54,558 bases of DNA from Chromera velia (lineage: Eukaryota), in the NCBI GenBank assembly GCA_018398765.1, contig JAHBMJ010000197.1, positions 1-54,558 of the forward strand, read 5' to 3'. The notes beneath the pieces were generated by a model that did not search any database, had not been told where the DNA came from, and saw only the letters and a list, made by a program, of their open reading frames with translations. The position numbers and the translations under genes are program-made. Positions 43,725 to 54,558 of the stretch are shown here, piece by piece (positions within the stretch are counted from its first letter, which is position 1; every line of letters starts with the position of its first letter).

Positions 43725-44034
43725 ACGCTTACTAATAATAGGCTACCAACATTGAGGGAAGCATTTATTTGGGCCCTTTTTGGGGCTATTTCCTAGTTTG
43801 TAGGATATTCTTATTCGTCTTCTAAGACTTTTCTTTTAGTCTTGTTTGTCGCTTTTCGCTACCAGCTCTATTTAGAGTTCTATCGTTTTTTTGACATCAT
43901 ATTTAATTGACTCTCATGTCTCTGAACGCCTTCTCGTGCCGTTCACAATCATAATAATATATATAATAATAATACTGCTATAGTAATACTGAGTAGTATA
44001 CTCTCAAGCTGTTCACAACTAGGTTGACAATTGT

Positions 44035-44067
<33 letters not shown>

Positions 44068-44404
44068 CTAGAGAGAGAGAAAGACATTCTACACTAAGTA
44101 CACTCTAGAGTACACTTATATATAAAGAACATATGTCAGCTACTATCTAGGCTACTATGGTATTCGATTGAATTATAGTTAGTTGAGCAAAAGTAGTGAA
44201 TCAAAACGTCTTCTAGAACGTCTTCGTCAAAAGTAATTTTGAGTACCCCGTCTGTCGTGGCATGAGAAGTCAGTCGGAAGGATCGGAGGTCGTGGGGCAA
44301 TTGACACCTTTTTGCCTCCAACTCTTTTGCCTCGCTCTCGCGGCTAGAAAACAGCCCGCCTAGCAGCCCGCACGCTAAGATCACCGTAACTGCGCATGCC
44401 CCAT

Positions 44405-44503
44405 GATCCCCCACTCTCCTCTGAGTCACTGCTCCTTGATCCCTCACTCTCCTCTGCGTCACTGCTCCGTGATCCCCAACTCTCCTCTGAGTCTCTGCTC
44501 CCG
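44405..44503. repeat. 33-bp tandem repeat x3, in frame at the ankyrin gene C-terminus
   Basis: GATCCC..ACTCTCCTCTG.GTC.CTGCTCC.. three times; encodes GSRSSDSEES-like units on the minus strand. Confidence 0.9.
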
Positions 44504-45329
44504 ACGTTCGAGTCATGGCGGTCAGCCCTATTGGCGGGTCCAGCAACTGCAGCTGCTTCGACCCGGGGCGCAACCGGGTTCGGATCTACCCCCCTCTCCA
44601 GTAGTGCAGTCACCCCCTCTTCCCACTTACTCCTGATTGCCACGCCCAGAGACGAGACGTGGGTATGACCCGACTTCCCGCCGTGTGTCCCCATCTGCAC
44701 TATCCTGTCCAGTTCGTTCAAAGGGGAAGATCGAATGACCTTCAGCAGAGACGGGCCCCTCGCTTCTTCGAGACTGATCAGGTCAAAAAACCAGGAACCA
44801 GACCCGCAAATCGGGGCCTGATTTGGTCTGACCGAGGCAGGGAAGGAAAGAGCAATTTCGCCGTGTTGCTGCAAAAAAACAAAAATCATCGGTCCGTCAG
44901 GAAAACAGTGAATGAGAGTGTAGATGGAAACAATCGGCAAATGATCAATATGGATAAACACCCAGTGGAAAAAACGACCAGGAGCAACAGGTAGTCCCCC
45001 TGCATGTTTGGAGCCTTGCAGTACAGACTGTTGGACTTCAACCATTCTGCAATATCATTGTAAAAGGACAATACGCCCGGCAGAGCATTGCCGCCAAATA
45101 TGCCTTGGAAGTCCTTGGAGGTGAAAAAACCTGACCTGACCCGCCCAGCTAACGAGCAGGGAAGAGAAAACTCAGTAAACAACTAATGCATTCTCCTTCT
45201 GTCTCCCTCTTCCTCTTTTGTCTGGCGCTCCCCACCCCAACTCCCCTTTCCCCAGGACAAACACGCGCACATGCAAACGTGACCGCACACACATACACGT
45301 GGATACATGTGTACATAAACGCACTAAAA

Positions 45330-45484
45330 TACACGCACACCCAGAGACACACACGCGCGCACCCTCATTCACCAACACCCTCACTCTCACACACATACAC
45401 GCACTCACGAGCGCGCGCGCACATACACACTCACACTCATGCACTCACATATACACACACACACACGCACAAACACGTACATAC

Positions 45485-45524
<40 letters not shown>

Positions 45525-45527
45525 ACA

Positions 45528-45603
<76 letters not shown>

Positions 45604-45893
45604 CACACACACACACACACACACACGCACGCACGCACAAGCACGCACAAGCACGCACACGTACACACGTACACACACACACACACACACTCTCTCTCTC
45701 TCTCTCTCACTCACTCACACACACGCGCACGCACACACACGCACTCACTCGCACACACACACGCACACACACACGCACGCACCCTCACACTCGCACACAC
45801 ACACGCACACACACACATACGCACGCACGCACCCTCACACACGCACGCACGCACACACACACACACACACACACACAGAGATACACCCACACA

Positions 45894-45928
<35 letters not shown>

Positions 45929-45968
45929 GCACACTCACACACACGCGCACGCACGCACGCACGCACGG

Positions 45969-46004
<36 letters not shown>

Positions 46005-46313
46005 TTACTCGCAATCACACACACTCACACTGACTCACTCACACACACGCGCACGCACGCACGCACGCAGACACGCACACGCACTCACTCGCAATCACAC
46101 ACGCACACACACGCACACACGCACTCACGCGCACCCTCACGCGCGCACTCTCTCTCTCTCTCTCTCTCNNNNNNNNNNNNNNNNNNNNNNNNNNNNNNNN
46201 NCACTCACACACACGCGCACGCACGCACGCACGCAGACACGCACACGCACTCACTCGCAATCACACACGCACACACACGCACACACGCACTCACGCGCAC
46301 CCTCACGCGCGCA

Positions 46314-46354
<41 letters not shown>

Positions 46355-46397
46355 GCGCGCGCACGCACGCACTCACTCACGCGCACGCACACACGCG

Positions 46398-46442
<45 letters not shown>

Positions 46443-46466
46443 GCACACACACACACACACACACTC
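45330..46466. repeat. Long intronic (CA)n/(CACG)n compound microsatellite
   Basis: Directly visible; the HT-rich and CV-rich ORFs are artefacts. Confidence 0.96.
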
Positions 46467-49149
46467 ACCTACCTGCAAAAGCGACTCAGCCAAGCGCCAA
46501 TGTTCCAAAATTGCCCCCTCCTGGCAGTGCCCCTCCTTCTGACTCTGGAAGGGTCTGTCAGACACCAGAACAGACACTGCGGCACCGACCTCCTTTTCCC
46601 CCTCGGGCAGTACCCCCCCCTTTTCACAAAGCAAATGTATCAGGCATGCATCTCGCAGCTCACACGCGTTCCGCAACGGAGAGACGCTGCTCTCAAGACG
46701 CGGCTGCTTGGGAAGGCGAAGGTCAAACGCATCGATTGACGGAGACGGGCAGGGAGGATATTTGGCTCCATTGTTAATTAACAGCTTGACAATCTCGAAC
46801 ATTTCCTCTATACGATCTTCCCGCTGTACCTGTACAGCTGCCTGCAGCGGAAGCATGACAGTTCTGCGCTTGACCCTAGAAGCGGGGTACGTTCCGGGAG
46901 GAGGTTGATCCTCCCATTGGTCCTCCCAATGCTCCACAACCCCTAGCTGCGTGATTCGCCTCTGCGCCCCATTTCATTTCAGAAGGAAGGACGCGAACGT
47001 TCTCGGGGCAAAGCGACGCAACGGCCTCGACAAGAGGGTCGGGCCCTGCACCCCCCTCTCGCCACAGCCCTCCCACCTGAACCCCTTTTTCAAGAAGGAA
47101 TTCCAGAACTACAGAGCCGCACAGATGGTGGCAGGCGAAAGACAAGAGACTGTGCCCGTCACCCCTGTCAACATTCAGATCTGCTCCCACTTTTGCTAGA
47201 GTTTTCAACAGAGACAGGATCACAAAGACCGAATGACGCCGAAAATAAGAGAGAACAAGAAACACGGGGTATTCTGCGGCATCCATCTCTCTGGTCTTTC
47301 CCTTTGCATTCGGATCCCCCCCCCCTTTGGTGACTAGGAGACGCACGAGATCGGCGTCCCCTGTCTGACACGCCATCAACAGCATTGACAGCTCATTCAG
47401 AGGGGGAGTGCCTGTCTGACCGTTTTCTGTTGTCGGAGGGGGGGGGGAAGAAAGCACACACGCTCGTGCACCGTTCTCGATCAATCGCTTTGCAAGAGCT
47501 GCGGTTACTTTTCGGTCAGCCCGGGGGTTAGAGATGTTCAGCAGTGTGCTTTGCAGGAGTGTGCAGGCCGCTGCCCCTTCCACCACCACTTCATTTGGGT
47601 CTGCCTCCCACTGAAGCAACAGAGAGCAGAAGGTCTGTGATCGGGTTCTCAAGGCTTCATACAGGGGTGACAGGCTCATTCTCCCCCCCCGTCCTTTCAC
47701 TCTTTTTGGCAGGGCGCCTCTCTTTAGAAGCACTGCTGCACTCTTCTTTAGCCCCAGAAAACAGGCAAGAGAGAGGGGCGTGTGTCCGTCTCTTCTGACG
47801 GCATTCAGATTCACCCCCCGTATATTTGCAAGCTCCTCAAGCGTGTCTGCACAGCAACTGTCAACTTTCTCTTGACTGAGTCTTTCTGAGTCAGAAGGAT
47901 TATCGTCACCCGTGAGGATCAAAAAGGGAAGACCCTCCTGATCAACCCTGTCAGTCACCCCCCCTAACACTCTCACAATCTCTGCATCTCGACAGAGACA
48001 AGCAAGACCGAGAGCGGTGCCCTCACGTCGATGGTCATGCTCGAACTTCCAGTCCAGGCATCCGGCTGCCTTGGAAGCTCTCACAATACGTTCAAGAAGA
48101 GCCAACCCCTTCTGACGCAACGCATGCTCCTCTGAATCAAGACGCAGGAGGCGCTGTACTAAGCATTGAAGGGGCGTTACCCCCACGTCGAGAACGCGGG
48201 AATACCTCCCTCTCCACACCCACCCACAAACATCCACACGTGATCCCGCATCAAGCAGGGACTCAGCCAAGTCAAAACGGTTGTTCTTAAGAAAGTGAAC
48301 GGAAAGAGGGTCGAAGACGACAAAGTCGTCCCCCCGGGCGGGAAATACTGCCCAGGCGTCGGCTTGCAACATACGACGGCTGATCATTTCGTCTACGATT
48401 TTTTTCGACAAATTGGTTCCACCTGAGGTTCGCTGCGTATACAAAATCTCAGTGACGCACGGAGTCACCCCCCTCTCCATCAAATATGTTCGGCACTTTT
48501 CGGAGTCGGGGCTCTTCTCTATCAGTCGTCGCAGCAAAAAAGGGAAACGCCCAGAAACCCCAGGAAGGGCAAATAGCTGCTGCAGAGCTTTCACATCATC
48601 GCGTCTAAGACAATCGTCAATCAACCTCCATACCTCCAGCTTCTCAGTGACAGAAGAGAAGCCTGAACAGACACTGCCAAAACCCAAAGCAGTTGCATCG
48701 CCTCTCAGAGAGAGAAGCTCTTTGGAGACGGCGGAGAGTTTCCAGAATCCGCGCAATCCCAAAATTCCGGTCTGAACCAGAAGACTCAAAAAATCGGCTT
48801 CCTCGGCTGCCATCCTTCAGAGAAACAAGGCAAAGAGGGAGAACAGCTGCAGGTTCGGACGACTGGGAAACAGCAGTGGAGTCCAGAGTCAAAAACCAGG
48901 TCGGACGACCAAAATATGGAGGGCTCTGTCTCAACCAGATTGAAGATCGAACCTGTGTCGACAGAATGCAGAGCACTTTCCCTCAATCTTGATCAATTTC
49001 TCTCAGACCAAAGATGATTGAGGGTTCGGTGTGCATCATCAATTCACAGAGTGACACTCAGTCACAACGATCTTCAGTAGTTTTTGGGCTTGCAATTTTT
49101 ATTCCCAATGATTCTCAGGATTTCTCAGGCCATTCCAAATTTCAGTGAT

Positions 49150-49345
49150 CACCCCCGCGGCGCCCCCGGCGTCCCCTCCCCGGCGTCCCCCGGGGGCCTG
49201 CCCGCCTGTCAAAGTCAAGCGCCGTCGCCCGCCATGCAGAACTGCAATGATGTGGCCACCCCTACGAATACCTCCAATAGGCTGGTCAGTGGTCTATCTG
49301 TAATCAGGCCCGCCGATTCTGGCTTCGGCCGCCAATGAGCCCGCT
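49150..49345. promoter_or_regulatory. GC-rich island upstream of the ankyrin gene start at 48813
   Basis: CCCCGGCGTCCCC occurs twice; high CpG in otherwise AT-rich intergenic DNA; CATGCA word present. Confidence 0.3.
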
Positions 49346-49941
49346 AAAGCCGGACCGTGCCGAAGGGGTGGACAGTCGTCGGAGAGACCGAAGCTGGACT
49401 CAGTCTGTGTGCATGCGAAAGATATACTAAGACATACAAGAAAAAAGTTATGAAGCTGTAGCATGAACGTGCACGAACGTAAAAATATTTTTGACAGAGT
49501 CTGGTGATGAGTCTGATCACTGTCCTCAAATTGTTACCAAGAGAGAGATCTTTAAAAGATGAACCCTACCATGGCTATACATCACAATTTCAGATGAATT
49601 GAAGTGTCTTGCAAAGTTAATTTCCTGATTTTCTTTCCTTCATCTCGCCTAGTAATAAAGTGCACGTAGTAGTAACTTGATATTTCACTAAATCTTTTAA
49701 TAGATACGGAAATTAATCATGTTGATTTTATAGCTAGTTTCTGACTCAAAGATTTGACTCAAATTGAAAAATAAATTGTCACCATTATAATGTAGGAAAT
49801 TCTATCTATGCAGGAAATACTAGGTTGGCCAGAGCCTATACGGCTCACCGGCTTTAGCCCCATACATCATCATCATCATCATAATTTACGATCAGGGGAC
49901 TTTGAGATCTATATTTTTTTGAAACATATTTCTTTGCAGGA

Positions 49942-52900
49942 TTATGGTGCTCTTGCATCCCTCTCTTTTCCTGTAGAGCTGGCGAGGCGAGACTGGCCAA
50001 GAGAGATGGGGGGGAGATCATCTTCACGAAGGACGGGATGACTTCTCTCTCCATCCTCCCGAGCGGCTCTTCCACCCTCCAGGGGCCGTGTGGGTTCCCT
50101 TTCGCGGAGTGGCACTCTCTCTCGATATTCCTCCCCGGCTGCTTCCGCGGGAGAATCTGCCGCCGCCACTGCCGCTGCAGCTGCTGCTGCCGTTGCCGCA
50201 GCTGCATTCAGCGGACCTGGATCCACACTTCCTGTCTCTGTTGGGTTGACCCGAGCTGCTCTGACGTCAAGCCTGCTGCTGGCTGTACTGCCGGGGGGGG
50301 CGGGAGGTGCTTGGAGACGGCGAGAGGCTCCCGACTGAGGTCTTCCTGATGGTGAGAGCGACACGGAGTGGGGGAAGAGGGAGGAGAGAGGAACGGGCCG
50401 AGTTGAGGTCATGGGAGTCCCCCCCGGGGTCGGAGAGAAGGGGTGAGAGCCGCCTGCACATATCGATGCAGAAGGAAGTGCATTTTTACACTCGTTCTTG
50501 CACTCACCTACTCACTCACTCACTCACTCACTCACTTACTCACTCACTCAATCACTCATTCACTCACTCACTCATTCATTCACTCATTTACTCATTCACT
50601 CACTTCCTCATTCACTCACTCACTCATTTACTCACTCGCTCACTGAATCATCCACACATGGACCTATGAATACTTCCCCCGACAGACAGACCGACCCTGG
50701 TTCACCAAAACCATCCAATCCCAACTTGATTCGGTCTCCTCGTTGAGTTCAGAAGACGGAAAAGTCAACATCTACCAGAAACAGAGAAAAGAAAAGGGAA
50801 GCAAAACAGGACCCTGGAGAAAGGGAGGGCGGGGGGAAAAGCAGCTGTTCTAGCCATTGAGAGAGACGATAGACAGAGCTTTTTAAAAAGGCTAGCTGCA
50901 TTTGTCTGCTGGTGGTGTCGTCAGACGAGAAACACGTGTCTGTCCATGCAGACAGACACAGACCTCCTTCGATCATCAAGAGGACACGTCTCGTGCAAGC
51001 AAACCCACGCATGAAAGCAAGAGGCAACTATAGTACGGAGAATTCTCCCCCGCCTGCCGCCCCATGCACAGACCTCCAAACATTGTTCCTGCCCGATCTC
51101 TGCCGCCCTCGTCCTCCCAGTCCACTGCTGCCCCCAGCCTTGTGTCCCCCCGCTTTCCAACTGAACCCCGTGGAGAGAAACCAGACGCTCCCCCCGCCGC
51201 CCCATTTGGAGTGGTCTTTCCCTTCACCAACTCGGCCGCGTTTCTTCCCTTCAACTGAAGGATGAAAGAACCCGCATCCTCATAACAGAGACGCACCCCC
51301 CTTCCCAGCTCTTCAACTGCAGTTTGCGGTTCTACGTCTGCCGCATTACCAGACAGATTGAGTGCCGAAGCCTCAAAATTTTTGATCCTGTCGAACACAG
51401 CTGTGCCGACTGCCATTACCTCCGTGTCGCTTTCGCTCTTCGGATCTCGCTTTACTGCAACGACAACCGCATCATGGTTGGATTCATATAACTTTGAAGG
51501 GAATTGCGGATGTGGATGTGCCCGCAGGGGCTGGGGATGAGCGTCTGAGGGGCCTTCTTCCCTCCCCTCTAGCCCCCCGCATCTGTCAAACTTCACGTCT
51601 AAATCTACGCTCTCCGCCTCTGTCAAGCCCTCAGCAGCCTCGCTACACTGTTGTCCTGTAGCGCGTTGCTCCACCTGAGCCACCGAATCCCCCGCCTCGG
51701 ATGCCGCGAGAAGAGACTGTCGCTTCGTCTCTCCTGTCTGCCCCTGGATGGAACCTTGTCCGTCTGCCGAGGGGACTTCAAGCTGCTGCGAGGAGGGCGG
51801 CACTCCCCCTCCCTCCCTCCTTGCAACATGAGCAGGGGACGTGGAAGGGCGTTGGTTTGGCGAGAGTAGAACTACAGAGGGGTCTCCAGGGGGGCCGTTG
51901 TGTTGAGAAGACTGTGAGAACATCGCGGGAGAGGCCGAGGAGACCGCGGCCGGGCGGGCCGAGGAGGGACGTCGTCTTGGGGGTGTGGAGGAGTCTTGGA
52001 CTGCAATTTGACGGGGNNNNNNNNNNNNNNNNNNNNNNNNNNNNNNNNNNNNNNNNNNNNNNNNNNNNNNNNNNNNNNNNNNNNGGGGGGGGGGGAGGTT
52101 GAAAGCAGTCTAAGAATTGGAGATGAGGGGGAAAGTGGAATGAGGCAAAGTGCCGTCGGACGCCTGATCAAGAAACATGAGAAGGAGTAGGGGCAATGTC
52201 CGTTCGGCAAAAAGGGGCTTTGCTTTCGAGAGCAAGTCGAGAGAGGCTGGAAGACCGAAACATCAAACTCAACTCAAGTCCACTCTCTTCGATATTACTT
52301 ACTTTGAAAAAATATAAATCAATTCTCACAAAAGACACACGCGCGCACCCTCTAACGCATCTGCACAGCTACGGCCAATTGTCGCGTTTCGCCAATGATC
52401 ATTTGACCGACCGACCGACCGACCGACCGACCGACCTACTCACCCACCTTGAGGAATCGTCATAGTCAGTGACAGCCTCTGTCCCCCCGGTCCTGTGCGA
52501 GCAGACTGGGGGGCGCTGCGGGCAGAGAGGGCGCCTGTGGTCGTCGCCAAACCCCTCTTAGTTCCATCGACGATGGACCCCCGTGTCCCCCTGCACGAAG
52601 AAATCAATTCATGCGTGAATGAGTTAGTTAGTTCACATCCCCCATCCGTTCAAGGAGAGGACCGATTAACTCCATCATTTCGAGAAAGAACAACGAGGAT
52701 GCGCACAAGCCACAACGGATCCTCGTGCAAGCGTAGAGCGAGTCAGAAAGAAGGAGAAAGACGCGAAAGCATCTGACTGACACCACGTTGCCTCCTTCCT
52801 TTGTTTGTGTGCACGTTGCAGATGAAGCAATGTGTTATTCGTATGTATAGCAACTGTATCCCTCAGTTCATCACACCATCCTCAGGCACCGACCGACCAA

Positions 52901-53167
52901 CCTGCTGGCAACACTCTCTGCCCCTCCATCCTGAGGGGTCGGAAAGAGAGATCGTCGTCTTCCAGAATCCGCCTGTGAAGCCGAAATCGAGGGGCGGGGT
53001 GCGAGACCAAAAGCGGATGCCCGTCTGAACCTGTCTGTCCTTTCTGACTTCTCCTTCTCCTGCTCTTCCTCCTTCATCCGCTCCATAATTTGATCTCGAA
53101 TTCTGTACGCACGCACCCATAATTGATCGATGAATTCGATGAGCCAGAAAGAAGAGCAAGCACCTTT

Positions 53168-53207
<40 letters not shown>

Positions 53208-53237
53208 GGAGAGAGGGAGAGAGGGAGAGAGAGTGCA

Positions 53238-53271
<34 letters not shown>

Positions 53272-53292
53272 TGTGTGTGTGTGTGAGTGTGT

Positions 53293-53370
<78 letters not shown>

Positions 53371-53978
53371 ATCTTGATGAGGATGCTGCTTTTGGAGCTT
53401 TGCACCGTGCGTTGGCATGAATATGGAATAGGTGTCTGCCAGCAAATTGTTTGCTGTTTCTCCTCTTGGAAAAGTGCGAAAGATGAAGAGAGAGACTGGA
53501 ATCTGTTCGTCATAAGAAGAGAAGAGCAGAGAAAGAAGCAAACCCACCTCATTTCTCTCTCAAAGTCTTCCTCAGCAGAGATTTTCTGTTGTGCTTCGAC
53601 TGCAAATACACACACACACACACACACTCACTCACACAGACGTACACGTTCATATCCTGATACGCCTGCAAATAGACAAACACGCTCACTTGTACACATC
53701 TCCACTCGCACAAACACTCATCACTTCTGGATAGACTCACACACCAACGAAGTGGATTTGATGGATTCAGAGACAGACGCACAGGCGGAAAGGCCGGCAG
53801 ATAAGTAGACATAGAGACGGACAGATACACGAAGAAGCAGACCGACACGCAAACAGGCACACAGATACACATGCAAACAAGCAGACAAGGGGACTCGGGG
53901 ACAAGACAGACCTGCGAAAAGTCGTGCCATATTAGGAGCCATACCAGCTTGTGTCATTCTGCTGACAAAGACTTCATC
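49942..53978 (-). CDS. Hypothetical multi-exon protein, 3' part; charged coiled-coil-like segment and long S/P/A-rich regions
   Basis: Phase-consistent exons 53978-53912, 53599-53548, 53102-52902, 52590-52448 (DEVFVSRMTQAGMAPNMARLFAVEAQQKISAEEDFEREMRIRDQIMERMKEEE...). A large exon ends at 51009 and its start is obscured by a gap. Then 50771-50696 and 50453-49942 (stop). No recognised family; upstream exons unresolved. Confidence 0.6.
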
Positions 53979-54558
53979 CTGCATGCATTTATTCACCACG
54001 TACAAGACAAAAAAACACGTCCAGGATGATTGCAGACGCAACACGATGCGTCATGCAAATACACAGGGCGTGAGGCTTCAGTACCGAAAAGGAAATTACT
54101 CCATACGCAAAAGGACTTGAAGAGAAGAGTTGGCAAAAAAAAAAAACAGGACTTGAAGAGAAGAAAAGATAAGGCCAACAGAGAGAGAGAAGCGAAAGCT
54201 ACTCAGCGACATACTTCATTACTGCTCTTCTTGTCTTAACGAGCCATCCGAATTCGTCGACGAGCCATTCCACCCCCAAACAGCACTTGGGAGAGTGCCG
54301 CACGCAAGGCAGCTTTCTGAATGAAATGACGACTCAACGTCCGAGTGAGTGTCTGACTCAAATTCACACCCATGCACCCACTCACTCTACCGACAGGCGT
54401 TCATTCATTTGTGCTCTTGTCCTGTCTGCTCAGTCAGCTTGCCTTTACAATTTTGAAAGCAAAAGAAAACAAGAAAACCGACGTTCATGAGTTTCTCCAG
54501 CCTGCTCAGTCTGCTTGCCATGTCCTCCATGTCCCTCCCTCTTCGCTCCAGCGAGTCC

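Larger units (their letters stand above)
44344..48813 (-). pseudogene. F-box-like/ankyrin-repeat gene whose 3' part is frameshifted (pseudogene or truncated allele)
   Basis: The 645-aa ORF 48813-46876 has many ankyrin repeats (GTALGLAC, GHTPLSLAC, GHSLLSFAC). Ankyrin-like sequence continues in another frame (LPLQAAV...IVKLLINNGA) to the donor after 46473, and again in 45045-44344 (SSLGVAIRSKWEEGVTALLERGVDPN) after an intron of about 46472-45149. Confidence 0.65.

Noticed and set aside
46035..46335. Apparent ~130-bp duplication either side of the gap at 46169-46201
   Set aside because: Most likely an unmerged contig overlap rather than a real duplication.
54240..54500. Further upstream exons of the last gene (LEKLMN, KAALRAALSQ)
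   Set aside because: Could not be joined in phase using a donor matching the GTNNG pattern seen elsewhere; left unassigned.

Overview
Eukaryotic, intron-rich genomic DNA with microsatellite-filled introns and five N gaps. The style suggests a chromerid alveolate such as Chromera velia, but this is inference only. From left to right: (1) a decayed copia-order LTR retrotransposon (PR-INT-RT-RNaseH, PPT, probable 3' LTR); (2) an AT-rich segment and a long (GA)n tract; (3) a 5'-truncated LINE with a (CCTAT)n tail, then a second structured retroposon-like end; (4) a minus-strand F-box-like/ankyrin gene; (5) an intergenic region with a MITE-like inverted repeat, a hammerhead-ribozyme core and a LINE-tail remnant; (6) a >=21-exon pseudouridine-5'-phosphate glycosidase/PfkB kinase fusion gene ending in the PTS1 signal SRL; (7) a MITE with an 8-bp TSD; (8) a minus-strand ankyrin + HET-like + LRR gene, the best candidate for an undescribed immune or cell-death receptor; (9) an 11-exon CWC24/RNF113A gene; (10) a frameshifted F-box-like/ankyrin paralogue; (11) the 3' part of an unknown multi-exon gene. 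Exon models were built by hand from GT/AG boundaries, phase and protein motifs. No database searches were run.
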